Below are positions 37,415 to 47,209 of a stretch of 52,398 bases of DNA, one piece after another (position 1 is the stretch's first letter; each line of letters opens with the position of its first letter). This DNA comes from Candidatus Heimdallarchaeota archaeon (lineage in GTDB: Archaea; Asgardarchaeota; Heimdallarchaeia; Hodarchaeales; Hodarchaeaceae): contig CP070665.1 of NCBI GenBank assembly GCA_020351745.1, positions 910,345 to 962,742 on the forward strand, given 5' to 3'. The position numbers were made by a program, and so were the translations under genes. Under the pieces are notes generated by a model. It was given only the letters and a program-made list of their open reading frames with translations, was not told where the DNA came from and did no database searches.

Positions 37415-37628
37415 TTTTTTTCTATAAAGGAGCTAGCAAGGAAACTCAAGAATTCATCTGTGAGTGAAATTCTCAAGAGGATTGATCAGTAGCCTTTTTT
37501 GAGAAGCAATGGAATAGTGGATGGAAGTAGGAGAGACAGAACATGATTAGAATCTCTTAGTCAAAAGATGAGGAAAAAATTACATGGTTTGATTAAACTG
37601 CTGATCCATTGTTTTAAAAACCAGAAAA

Positions 37629-37704
37629 TAGGGACGGGGGGATTTGAACCCCCGATCACCCGATCCCGAACCGGGAATCTTACACCAGACTAGACCACGT
37701 CCCT
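37629..37704 (-). tRNA. tRNA-Pro(CGG), no intron
   Basis: The reverse complement reads AGGGACG TG GTCT AGTCTGGTGTA AGAT T CCCGG TTCGGGA TCGGG TGATC GGGGG TTCAAAT CCCCC CGTCCCT A. It has an A1:U72 pair. Confidence 0.88.
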
Positions 37705-37917
37705 ATCTTAATTTATTATCAATAAAACTTGTTTTACAAGGCTTCCACTTCAATAAACACAAAGTGTGATTGTGATTTAAGTTTTTCTGGTTTCACAATA
37801 TCTAAGAAAGCTATAATGTCTTTTCGACGGTTAATTACAACCTTAATTGGGCATTATATTGGGATCCATCCTCCTTAAAAATTTGCATTAAAGATTGATG
37901 TAAGATGATATATTTTC

Positions 37918-38484
37918 ATGATAATCATGAATGTATCTACGGGAATTTCAAGAATGACATCTTTTCCTGATTATGTTTCTTGTATTCGTCTACTTCTACG
38001 TTACTCGACACCTTCAAATGTTATTTCTCATTCAATACAAACAGCTCAAACAGCACTCAGAGTTGCAGAACGAATAAAGGCACAGAATTATTTAATAAGC
38101 TGCGATTTCATTCTAGCTGGTGCTCTACTTCATGATATTGGGCGCTGTAAATCGCATCGCATAGATCATGGAATCATAGGTGCCCGACTACTACGAAAAG
38201 AAAATCTTCCTGAAGAAGTAGCGAGAATCGCAGAGAATCATTTATTTGCTGGAATTGCTAAACATGAAGCAATTAAGCTTGGATTACCTTTTCAAGATTA
38301 TCTCCCAGTGACTTTAGAGGAAAAGATAATAACATATGCCGATAATGTTTCAAAAAAAGAACCTTTATTATCCATTGATGAAGTAATTGATCGATACAGC
38401 AAATATCTCACCCAATCACACCCAATTCTCAAGAGGGTGCGACTTTTACATTTAGAAATTGAGGCGTTATTAAATAATAAGTAA
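37918..38484 (+). CDS. HD-domain metal-dependent phosphohydrolase
   Basis: Has H...HD (LLHDIGRCKSH) plus a downstream H and D (ENHLFAG, YADNV). Confidence 0.75.
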   Translation: MIIMNVSTGISRMTSFPDYVSCIRLLLRYSTPSNVISHSIQTAQTALRVAERIKAQNYLISCDFILAGALLHDIGRCKSHRIDHGIIGARLLRKENLPEEVARIAENHLFAGIAKHEAIKLGLPFQDYLPVTLEEKIITYADNVSKKEPLLSIDEVIDRYSKYLTQSHPILKRVRLLHLEIEALLNNK

Positions 38485-38497
38485 GGAAAGAGAAATA

Positions 38498-39520
38498 TTG
38501 AGAGCAATCCCTTTTTATGACAAATTTATTGAATTCCTTCGTGAATATCAGGATATGGTAATTTTGGTTATGCATTCCCAAGCTGATCCTGATGCGGTAG
38601 GATCAGCTATTGCCTTAACCCATTTAATTCGTGTTATAAATCCTAATCTAATTATTCGTACTCTTGAACCAGAGCTGAGTACTTTAGGACAAAATCTACT
38701 TGACATTTCTTATTTTCAATTTCATCCTATCAAGATTGATCAGGTTACCCCTCCATCATTAATTATCCTTCTTGATACCAATTACATTGATTCTAATTTA
38801 ATCGCTTCAAAAAATCATTTTGCAATTATAGATCATCATACACGTACCATCTTGGAAGTAGAAGTAGCGTTTGATTTTCAACTTGATACGTTCAGAGCAA
38901 CTGCTGAAATCATTGCATCTTTGTACTATCATGCAGAGATTTCTCCTACTCCGCAGATCATTAAGGGCCTTCTTGCAGGAATTGTCTTTGATACAAGAAG
39001 ATTTTTGTATGCTGATCGTGAATTATTCGAATGTGTCAATTTTCTTCTTCGTGATGATTCTGATGTCTATTCTGAAACTCTAAACCTTTTCTCTTCCTCT
39101 CGCTCTTACTCGGAAAAGTTGGCTTGTATTAGAGCGGCTCAACGTATGAAACGACACCAAATTTATGACAAGATCTTGCTTTTCTCTTATGTAAGTTCAT
39201 TTGAGGCGGCAGCGGCTCGTTCACTGATCTTTTTAGGAGGAGATATAGCCATAGTTATTGCCAATCGGAAACAGGAAACCCGAATAAGCTTCCGTACGTC
39301 TCAGGATTTTCCAAAGGAAACAGGTTTATCTCTCGGAAAAGATATCATTCCTAATTTAATAAATCGTTTTGGAGGAACTGGAGGTGGGCACGATAGCGCA
39401 GCAGGATACAACTCAACGTTATTAGAGATTCGATCTGTGAAAAAATATCTTTTCCATCTTTTTAAGACAATGTTAGAAATGAAAAATCAAGAAAGGGATA
39501 AAGTATCCTCTTTGCAATAG
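38498..39520 (+). CDS. DHH-family phosphoesterase (NrnA/RecJ-like core)
   Basis: Has the DHH motifs HSQADPDAVGSAIAL (I), LLDTN (II), IIDHH (III) and the DHHA1 motif GGTGGGHDSAAG. TTG start. Confidence 0.75.
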   Translation: MRAIPFYDKFIEFLREYQDMVILVMHSQADPDAVGSAIALTHLIRVINPNLIIRTLEPELSTLGQNLLDISYFQFHPIKIDQVTPPSLIILLDTNYIDSNLIASKNHFAIIDHHTRTILEVEVAFDFQLDTFRATAEIIASLYYHAEISPTPQIIKGLLAGIVFDTRRFLYADRELFECVNFLLRDDSDVYSETLNLFSSSRSYSEKLACIRAAQRMKRHQIYDKILLFSYVSSFEAAAARSLIFLGGDIAIVIANRKQETRISFRTSQDFPKETGLSLGKDIIPNLINRFGGTGGGHDSAAGYNSTLLEIRSVKKYLFHLFKTMLEMKNQERDKVSSLQ

Positions 39521-39554
39521 ATTCGTATTCTAATAAGCTAGCAGTTCCATTCCT

Positions 39555-39878
39555 TCAAGATAAGAGGAACATCGAGCGAACATAATCATATTCTTCCTTG
39601 GTGAGGTGAAAAGTGTTATATTTGTCTTCTCGAAGCGCGATTTGGACAGCAATATTATGTTTACATTGGGATACCTGATTGTTCAGGACATTATGCTGAA
39701 AATCGTAACAACGACACCAATAAGGATCTATCATAATAAGGTATTCTCTTGTTTTTCCCACAACGACCCATCTCTCCACTTTTCGATCGTTGTTTTCGCT
39801 TATAATATATCTCTTTACACTGTAATTTTTTACTAATTCCTTGGCCTCTTTTAACCGATTGGAAAACTTAGAGGTCAA
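39555..39878 (-). CDS. SWIM zinc-finger protein
   Basis: 107 aa. CRCYDFQHNVLNNQVSQCKHNIAV matches the CxCx(n)CxH SWIM signature. Its start overlaps the stop of the upstream coiled-coil gene by 4 nt. Confidence 0.65.
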   Translation of the reverse strand: MTSKFSNRLKEAKELVKNYSVKRYIISENNDRKVERWVVVGKTREYLIMIDPYWCRCYDFQHNVLNNQVSQCKHNIAVQIALREDKYNTFHLTKEEYDYVRSMFLLS

Positions 39879-40477
39879 TTATTTTTCACCATTCTTAGTA
39901 AAAAATCAACTGCTTCCTTTAATTCCTCTGATTGTGCCAGTTCGCTTTTCAGATTCGAGATCCGTTGATTATAAACTTCTTCTGGGATTTCCTCAATCTC
40001 TTTCCTTACAGAAAGCTCTTCAATACTATATTTTAAAGATTGAGCTCCTTTTGAAGCCCCCTGTTTCATTTCTCTTAATTTTTCAGTAGTTTGATTAATT
40101 TGTTGTGCTATAGCCTCTTTTTCTCCTAAATATTCATTTTTAAGAGATTCATAAACTGTAGCTTGAATCTCCCCTTTTTTTTCATTTAATTTCTTCAAAC
40201 GCTCTTGTAGCTTCGTTTGGTTGTCTATAAGATCCAAGAAAGGATGTTCTAAAGGTCCATGGTTCTCCCTGTCTTTAGTTAATTTCGCGATCCCTTGATC
40301 AAGTTTATTTATTTCTTCACTAACATCAATCTCCTCGATCTCAGCACGAATTTTGAGCTTTTCTGTTTTGATTTTCAGGTCTTTAAGCTCTTCTTCTATT
40401 TTAACTCTTTTAGCCACTTTTTTCAAAGAATTTGGAGTTATATCCATCTTTTCAGCTGTCATTTTTAGAGTCACCAC
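39875..40477 (-). CDS. coiled-coil protein, unknown function
   Basis: 200 aa, rich in Lys, Glu and Leu with heptad character throughout. ATG start. Translationally coupled to the SWIM gene. Lies downstream (same orientation) of repeat copy B. Confidence 0.55.
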   Translation of the reverse strand: MVTLKMTAEKMDITPNSLKKVAKRVKIEEELKDLKIKTEKLKIRAEIEEIDVSEEINKLDQGIAKLTKDRENHGPLEHPFLDLIDNQTKLQERLKKLNEKKGEIQATVYESLKNEYLGEKEAIAQQINQTTEKLREMKQGASKGAQSLKYSIEELSVRKEIEEIPEEVYNQRISNLKSELAQSEELKEAVDFLLRMVKNN

Positions 40478-40737
40478 AGGAGAAATATAAACTGAATGAA
40501 TTATTTTTTGATTTAATAAAATTGTTTCCTTGGGGGATTAAATTGAGTCTCCGAAAAACTATTATCATTTGATACGCAGTCCTTTTGATCTCTTTGTTGA
40601 TCCAAACAGAGAATTTCGCATTATTGTAGATCTAAGCGATGATAAGGGCTTATTTGTCTTTAATATTATGAAAGATAGTGTTATAAGATGTAAAATAGAG
40701 TGGAAAGGGTTCTTTCGTTTCAGATAAAAATAATGAA

Positions 40738-41142
40738 TTGAAAGAATAAAATTAATAAAAAATTGTGATCAAATGAGAGAATCAAAAGGCTCAAAATGGG
40801 GAGAAAGCAGGGGATGACAGAACACGAGCGAAGAAGTAGTGGGGAGAGAAAACCATATTAGAGAAGTAAGAGAAGAGGGAAAAGGTGTGAAAATGAATTG
40901 ATTGAAAGCTCAGTATGAAAGCTTTAACTAATAGTAATAGAGATCAGCCTGTCAATTCAGGGAATAAGACCAGTAGTGTACAATATCCTGATAAAGGATA
41001 TTCCCAAAAGCTTTTACAGCTGATGGGATAGATGCTGTCGGGTTACAGCTCACACAATGGAGAATAACGACGACAACGAGCTAGTTGATGGCCTCCTGTG
41101 AATGAAATTGCTATTTCTTTTATCAGTTTTAATAACCTGAGT
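40738..41142 (-). repeat. non-coding element, copy B of the diverged inverted pair (partner 5016-5421)
   Basis: Its reverse complement aligns with 5016-5421 across the full ~405 nt. The identical blocks include gctgtcgggttacag (41034-41048) and gcttttacagctgat (41010-41024). The plus strand is purine-rich. No ORF of 60 aa or more lies here. Confidence 0.8.
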
Positions 41143-41326
41143 TTTATCTCTAAGTACACTAATCTTATATGATGATCATTAAGGTATTTCAATCAAATTA
41201 AAATAAGATTTTTAATTTCTTTACTAATGTTTGCAATAAACATTTTCGTGAGAACATCTCCTAGTCCCAAAATAATCATATCAGCTGTAAATTAGCTAGA
41301 TCTTATTAAATCAGAAGGATTCTGTC

Positions 41327-44300
41327 TTGACATCGAAAGTCCAAATAGGTAAAATTGTAAGAATTTCTGGCCCTGTAGTGGAAATTAGTGGCATGAATCG
41401 TGCTCAACTTTATGAAATCGTTAGAGTTGGCGAAGAACAGTTAATTGGAGAGATTATCCGAATAAATCAATCTGGAGATAGACACATCTCAACTGTTCAA
41501 GTTTATGAAGAGACTACGGGTTTAAAACCTAGGGAGGAAGCAATAGCAACGGGGAAACCTCTAAGCGTTGAGCTCGGGCCAGGGTTAATAACCCGAATTT
41601 ATGATGGTATTCAGCGACCTCTACCAGCTCTCCAATTAGAAGAAGGTGATTTCATTACTCGTGGTCTCACATCTGCCCCGTTAGACCTGGATAAAAAATG
41701 GGATTTTAAACCATTAGTAACTAAAGGAGATACAATCAATGGGGGTTCGCATATTGGAGAAGTACGAGAATCTAGAATGGTAAATCACAAAATAATGATT
41801 CCTCCTGATATAGATATTGCAAAAGTTACTAATATCGCCACTCCTGATAAGTATTCAATATCAGAGACAATTGCCAAAATAGATGTAAAAGGGCTTTATA
41901 CTTCTGTACCAATCACAATGAAGCAAACATGGCCAGTTAGAAATGCACGTCCATTTAAAAGGAAACTGGAAGCAAATATTCCATTAATCACGGGCCAACG
42001 TATATATGACACTTTTTTTCCAATTGCCAAAGGAGGGGTGGCTGCCATACCAGGAGGATTTGGGACAGGGAAGTGTGTAACAGGTGATACGCCTGTTCTT
42101 TTAGAATCGGGTGATAGTATCCCGATCAAGCAAATTTATGATTATCATATGAAGAATAATGGCATTATCGAGGAAGATTCAGAAAATGAAACATTAATTC
42201 GTCTGAAAAATCCCTTATCAGTGATATCATTTAACGGAACAAAATACAGCTCACAGAAAGCCACTCACGTTTATCGTGGAAAAACAAATTCTATTGTAAA
42301 AATTAAAACAAGAAGTGGAAGGGTTGTTGAAATCACTCCTATCCATAAACTCTTCAAGTTCAATGGTGAATCCATTGAGGAAACAGCAGCAAAAGATCTA
42401 AAAATTGGAGACAATCTCATTGTTCCTCGAAAGATAAGCATCGAGGGTGAAGAAACAAAATTCCATTGTTATGATGTTGATCTCTCTCTACGAGTAATTG
42501 ATCAGCAAGCATTGCAACAAATGATAAGCTTAATCAAATACCTTAAGCAAACAATGACCTTAAAGCAAATAGCTGTAAAATTAAATGTTTCTTATGATGT
42601 TTTCATTGGATACTGGTTGCTTAAAAATAAACCTACCCTGAACTTCTTAAAGAACCTTGCTAAATTAGCAAAGGCTCCCTTAATACCTGTAAAACTTGTA
42701 AAATCAGAGCGTCAATCAGATCCGTTTCAGATACCCAATTCATTCACAAAAGAATTAGCTGAATGGTTAGGGCTTTTTGTAGCTGATGGTCATATTAAAG
42801 GTAAAAAAGGAGGAATTTATCTATATAATAATAACAACCAAATTCTTCAGCGATTCACTATTTTAACTGAAATTATCTTTGACATAGATGTTGAAATCGG
42901 TCAAGACGATTCAGAAAGGACTCCCTACGCGTGTATACGAAACGAGTCGCTTAAAAAATTCCTTTATTATCTCGGAATTCCAAAAGAGAAGAAAACATAC
43001 AATGTGAGGATACCTCAAGTAATCCGAAAGGGTTCAGATGACTTATTAGTACATTTCCTTGTAGGATATTTTGCAGGAGATGGATCTTTTTATCGTTATA
43101 CAGTCGAATTTAGTACTGTTAGTAAGAACCTCTTTAGTGATTTAGGATATTTATTAACACGTCTAGGTCTTATTTATAGAGCAAAGAAAAAAGGAAACTC
43201 CTTTATTTATCACCTTGACGGAAAAGAGGCTGAGATCCTTGCAGGAATATTTAAATTGACTGATGTTCATCAATACAACAAATTAAACCCACTCTATTCA
43301 TATGCTGCAAAGAATACACAGCATTTCATTGGTCGTGACGTTGTACCAATAGGTAATCAAGTTCTGGTTCGATTACACCATGAAGTTAAAGAAAATGCTG
43401 GTTATGACATACTTCGACAGAATAAAGGCATTCGATTGAGTAATTACATTAAGAAAGGGCAAATTCCTACGCTTTCAACCTTACAACAAATTTCAAATAC
43501 TTTAGAGGAACATCAAATTAATATCCCAACAAATAAAACTCTTGATGCTGTTATCCGCCTTTCACAAGAAGTTTTTTTTGACAAAATAATATCAATCGAA
43601 CTCATCGAAGAAACAACACCTGTTTATGATCTTACTGTTGATATAACACACAATTTTGTTGGTGGAATACTACCTTTCACACTACACAATACTGTGTCTC
43701 AGCATCAATTAGCCAAATGGTCTGATGCAACTGTGGTTGTTTACGTCGGTTGTGGGGAACGTGGTAACGAGATGGCCGAGGTTTTGAAGGATTTCCCAGA
43801 TCTGGAAGACCCACGATCTGGGGAAAAGCTAATGCAACGCACTGTTCTTATTGCAAACACCTCTAATATGCCTGTCGCGGCACGAGAAGCGTCAATATAC
43901 TTGGGTATTACTATTGCTGAATATTATCGCGATATGGGGTATGATGTTGCTTTAATGGCGGATTCAACAAGTCGTTGGGCTGAAGCTCTACGAGAAATTT
44001 CAGGTCGTTTGGAGGAAATGCCTGGAGAAGAAGGTTACCCAGCCTATCTTGCGTCCAGAATAGCAGAATTTTATGAACGGGCTGGGAGAGTTGAAACACT
44101 TTCTAGTCACAAGGCCAGTATATCCGCCATCGGAGCAGTCTCTCCTGGAGGAGGAGATTTCTCAGAACCAGTGACTCAAAATACCCTGAAAACAGTAAGA
44201 GTCTTCTGGGCATTAAGCTATCCATTAGCACGCTCCAGACATTTTCCTGCAATCTCTTGGTTGGAGAGTTATAGCCTTTATATTGATTCATTAACCGATT

Positions 44301-44734
44301 GGTATCATGAAAACATTGCACCAGACTTTAACATGCGCAGAGAAGAGGCAATGGCACTTCTCCAGAAAGAAAAGGAATTACAAGAGATTGTACAGTTGAT
44401 AGGTCCCGACGCATTACCTGAATCAGAGAAAATCATCCTTCAGGCTGCTAAAATGATTCGGGAAGATTTTCTCCAGCAAAGCGCTTATTCTGATGACTCT
44501 TATTGTGCTCTAGATAAGCAGTACAAAATGCTCTACATAATCATGCAATTTTATCATAAGATGCGTGAAAACCATAATGCAGGAGTTCCTCTTGAAAAAA
44601 TGACTTCTCTTCCCGTTTTATCTGATATAGCTAGTCTAAAATGGGCTTTTGACGAGGAATTCAATGGATTATATGAAAAATGCTTAGGTTTTGTTCAAAA
44701 TGAGATGAAACCAAGTGATTTTGGGATTGCGTGA
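41327..44734 (+). CDS. atpA: A-type (A1A0/V-type) ATP synthase catalytic subunit A, interrupted by an intein
   Basis: The exteins read ...[10 protein letters not shown]|[32 protein letters not shown]...[36 protein letters not shown]..., which is canonical subunit A (596 aa after splicing). TTG start. No other atp genes lie in the window. Confidence 0.9.
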   Translation: MTSKVQIGKIVRISGPVVEISGMNRAQLYEIVRVGEEQLIGEIIRINQSGDRHISTVQVYEETTGLKPREEAIATGKPLSVELGPGLITRIYDGIQRPLPALQLEEGDFITRGLTSAPLDLDKKWDFKPLVTKGDTINGGSHIGEVRESRMVNHKIMIPPDIDIAKVTNIATPDKYSISETIAKIDVKGLYTSVPITMKQTWPVRNARPFKRKLEANIPLITGQRIYDTFFPIAKGGVAAIPGGFGTGKCVTGDTPVLLESGDSIPIKQIYDYHMKNNGIIEEDSENETLIRLKNPLSVISFNGTKYSSQKATHVYRGKTNSIVKIKTRSGRVVEITPIHKLFKFNGESIEETAAKDLKIGDNLIVPRKISIEGEETKFHCYDVDLSLRVIDQQALQQMISLIKYLKQTMTLKQIAVKLNVSYDVFIGYWLLKNKPTLNFLKNLAKLAKAPLIPVKLVKSERQSDPFQIPNSFTKELAEWLGLFVADGHIKGKKGGIYLYNNNNQILQRFTILTEIIFDIDVEIGQDDSERTPYACIRNESLKKFLYYLGIPKEKKTYNVRIPQVIRKGSDDLLVHFLVGYFAGDGSFYRYTVEFSTVSKNLFSDLGYLLTRLGLIYRAKKKGNSFIYHLDGKEAEILAGIFKLTDVHQYNKLNPLYSYAAKNTQHFIGRDVVPIGNQVLVRLHHEVKENAGYDILRQNKGIRLSNYIKKGQIPTLSTLQQISNTLEEHQINIPTNKTLDAVIRLSQEVFFDKIISIELIEETTPVYDLTVDITHNFVGGILPFTLHNTVSQHQLAKWSDATVVVYVGCGERGNEMAEVLKDFPDLEDPRSGEKLMQRTVLIANTSNMPVAAREASIYLGITIAEYYRDMGYDVALMADSTSRWAEALREISGRLEEMPGEEGYPAYLASRIAEFYERAGRVETLSSHKASISAIGAVSPGGGDFSEPVTQNTLKTVRVFWALSYPLARSRHFPAISWLESYSLYIDSLTDWYHENIAPDFNMRREEAMALLQKEKELQEIVQLIGPDALPESEKIILQAAKMIREDFLQQSAYSDDSYCALDKQYKMLYIIMQFYHKMRENHNAGVPLEKMTSLPVLSDIASLKWAFDEEFNGLYEKCLGFVQNEMKPSDFGIA
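42074..43690 (+). mobile_element. intein (539 aa) with a LAGLIDADG homing-endonuclease domain, inserted in the P-loop of AtpA
   Basis: It begins [10 protein letters not shown] (block A), has TPIH (block B) and two LAGLIDADG motifs ([10 protein letters not shown] and [12 protein letters not shown]), and ends FTLHN followed by Thr. Removing it restores the GTGKT Walker A. Confidence 0.88.
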
Positions 44735-44737
44735 TAT

Positions 44738-45382
44738 ATGGCACCTATAGTGTCTTTAGCTCCTGGACATGAGAATGTAACCTTAGCACTGGTGACACTT
44801 TTCCTGGTTTTCATGTTCTACAGCCTACTTTATCCTTTTTTAACATTTCTTATTCCCATTCTGTTCTTAGGATTATGTGGCCATCTCTTTTTCTTCAGGG
44901 ATCCTGATCGCAAGATTAACAGTGATCCCCAATCAATATTAGCTCCTGCAGATGGAAAAGTTTACGAAATAAATGCTTCTGAAGGGGTTATCAGAATTCG
45001 GCTGTCTCTTTTCGATGTCCATATTACTCGAAATCCCGTTTCAGGGAACATTACAGACATTAACAGACAGGAAGGAAAACATTGGCCATTTGTTTCTTTC
45101 ATTAGACGAGGAACGAAGGAAAATGCTCGTCAAACAATTCAAATTGCAAATTCAATAGGTGAATTTTTTGTTGTTCAAATTGTTGGGACCATTGCACGGC
45201 GCTGTAGAAGTTATGTTTCTCTTGGTGATCAAATTCAGCAGGGTGAACGACTTGGAATGATTTATTACGGTAGTGAAGTAGATATTCATTTTCCCCCTGA
45301 AAAATTTGAAATTATGGTCAAAGAAAAAAGTAAAGTAATCGCAGGACAAACACCGATAGCAAGATTGAAACATTTAATCTAA
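44738..45382 (+). CDS. psd: phosphatidylserine (archaetidylserine) decarboxylase proenzyme
   Basis: 214 aa with N-terminal TM segments. FFRDPDR...APADGKV...GERLGMIYYGSEVDIHFP contains the G-S self-cleavage site typical of short PSD-family proteins. It starts 3 nt after the atpA stop. Confidence 0.8.
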   Translation: MAPIVSLAPGHENVTLALVTLFLVFMFYSLLYPFLTFLIPILFLGLCGHLFFFRDPDRKINSDPQSILAPADGKVYEINASEGVIRIRLSLFDVHITRNPVSGNITDINRQEGKHWPFVSFIRRGTKENARQTIQIANSIGEFFVVQIVGTIARRCRSYVSLGDQIQQGERLGMIYYGSEVDIHFPPEKFEIMVKEKSKVIAGQTPIARLKHLI

Positions 45383-45406
45383 GAAGCTCTTCTTATGGTG
45401 TGAATT

Positions 45407-46132
45407 TTGTCATCACTCAATAAATTTATTCTTCTGGCGTTCTTATTAACCGCTTTGAATGCCTTATGTGGTATTGGTGGAATTATAGTGTCTATATATT
45501 TTTCTAACGACCTTCCTTACCTCGCAATGCAGCTACTGATTTTTGGGGCAATCTTTGACTTTCTTGATGGTAGAGTTGCAAAAATGGCGCCAATAAGCTC
45601 TACATTGGGAGCATACTTTGATTCAATAGGAGATGTCATTACATTTGCTATTCTTCCAGGTATTATGCTACTTAATTCGCCGATGATTGGAAATGATATC
45701 GCAGAGTTTAATTCGATTTTATCATTATTTATTGCTGGATTCTATTCTTTTTGCGGTTGGGCTCGTTTAATGCGTTTTGCAACCCATCCTACAGAAATTC
45801 ATTTTGATGGCCTTCCTTCCCCTGCGGCAGCACTATTAGTCGGATCTAGTGCTGTCCTCGCAAACCTCTCAGAGATGTCCTGGCTTTTTTGGGCAAATGG
45901 AATAACTCTCACATTGATAGCAATTATAACTGGTTTCTTGATGATATTAACTGTAAAATACCCCACACCAAAACGTGGTAAAACACCCGATATGGTAGCA
46001 ATTGGTATCGCAGGTCTGGTTGTAATTACTTTTGTGTTTTTCCCTTTTTATGGAACTCTTAGTGCTGTTCTTTTTATTGCAATCCTTTATACAGCATTTG
46101 GGCCTTTATATCTCATAAAAACAAAGAAATAA
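45407..46132 (+). CDS. pssA: CDP-alcohol phosphatidyltransferase (archaetidylserine synthase-like)
   Basis: Has the DFLDGRVAKM...GAYFDSIGDVITF signature, D(x)2DG(x)2AR...G(x)3D(x)3D, in a polytopic membrane protein. TTG start. Confidence 0.8.
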   Translation: MSSLNKFILLAFLLTALNALCGIGGIIVSIYFSNDLPYLAMQLLIFGAIFDFLDGRVAKMAPISSTLGAYFDSIGDVITFAILPGIMLLNSPMIGNDIAEFNSILSLFIAGFYSFCGWARLMRFATHPTEIHFDGLPSPAAALLVGSSAVLANLSEMSWLFWANGITLTLIAIITGFLMILTVKYPTPKRGKTPDMVAIGIAGLVVITFVFFPFYGTLSAVLFIAILYTAFGPLYLIKTKK

Positions 46133-46155
46133 TTGGAAGAATGTTACCATTGACT

Positions 46156-47124
46156 CTAATTACTTCGTAAAAAATCTAAGACTATCAATGTAAGAGTATC
46201 CTCTACTTCGGCTTTTTGGTATAAAATCTTCAGAAAATTATTCAAATCAGCCAAATTTGGATGTCGAGTCCTTAACAATAGAGAATATTCTTGGTTTGTC
46301 CGATAAATATTTCTTACTCGGTTATCTGGGATACAAAAGTCAATTGTTAATTTATATTTTCCTAAGGGTGCCTTAACTTGGATATATGCATGGATGTATT
46401 TTCCCTGCCAGTAAGGTGTATACACAGAGTAACCAAGGATAAAGTTCTCGTTCTTCCATTTCGTCAATTTCCGATAAATTGCAGGTTGATTAACGTGGAG
46501 GTTTTTAGCTATCTTGTAAGTAGAAGGCGGAAAATCATATGTATCTCCTAACTTCTGAATTTCGAGTAATATTTTCAGTTCGCCAGATTTCAATTTTCTT
46601 TTTAACGTCGTAACAGGGAATCCCTGTTCTTTGTGAACTTTGATAACTTCAATCATCTGGTATTTCTGAAAACCTGTCTCACCAATAAGTTCGTAAAGAT
46701 GATCTAGTGAGTTTAGAAATTCTGTAGCATTTGGAAAATGAAACCGGCAAATCAATGAGAAATCTCCTGTGATTCCCTCTAAAGTACTCAACAAGTTCTG
46801 ATTGTAGTTATTTAATAATTCATTTACTACTAGTGGTTCATTCGGATTTGTCTTTAAAAGGAGAAAAAAAATGCGCTGTTGGTGTGACAAAGGATTTAGC
46901 ACAAGCTGCCATGATTTTATTAAGCCATTTTTTCTCATAATCAGTATTTGTTTTCGTAACCACGTTGATGAAATCCCAATTTCGGCAGCAATACCCCTAA
47001 GCGAAGAACGTCGTCTGGTGCTTAAAGCATACAAGATTTTTTCGATGATCTCGTTGGATTTCCGATTTTTCAAAGGACTCACTTGGTGAGATATGATTTG
47101 TTTTTTATCTATATTTATATACAA
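46156..47124 (-). CDS. tandem Lrp/AsnC-like transcription regulator (two HTH + effector-domain modules)
   Basis: 322 aa with two HTH segments (SLRGIAAEIGISSTWLRKQILIMRKNGLI and STYKIAKNLHVNQPAIYRKLTKWKNENFI). Each is followed by a ~70-aa RAM-like region. Confidence 0.6.
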   Translation of the reverse strand: MYINIDKKQIISHQVSPLKNRKSNEIIEKILYALSTRRRSSLRGIAAEIGISSTWLRKQILIMRKNGLIKSWQLVLNPLSHQQRIFFLLLKTNPNEPLVVNELLNNYNQNLLSTLEGITGDFSLICRFHFPNATEFLNSLDHLYELIGETGFQKYQMIEVIKVHKEQGFPVTTLKRKLKSGELKILLEIQKLGDTYDFPPSTYKIAKNLHVNQPAIYRKLTKWKNENFILGYSVYTPYWQGKYIHAYIQVKAPLGKYKLTIDFCIPDNRVRNIYRTNQEYSLLLRTRHPNLADLNNFLKILYQKAEVEDTLTLIVLDFLRSN

Positions 47125-47209
47125 TATTGATTTTATAACATTTTTTCAGGCCAATATGTATTAAACGAAAATTCTTGCTATAAATCTTGAAGAAAAATCT
47201 CAGAAAGGT

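Noticed and set aside
40794-40860. Short peptide frames inside the repeat elements (e.g. MGRKQGMTEHERRSSGERKPY in copy B and VGRTQEMNEQEQRSF in copy A)
   Set aside because: The similarity simply follows the nucleotide identity. The stops fall at different places and the copy A start is GTG. There is no evidence for coding, so the elements are treated as non-coding.
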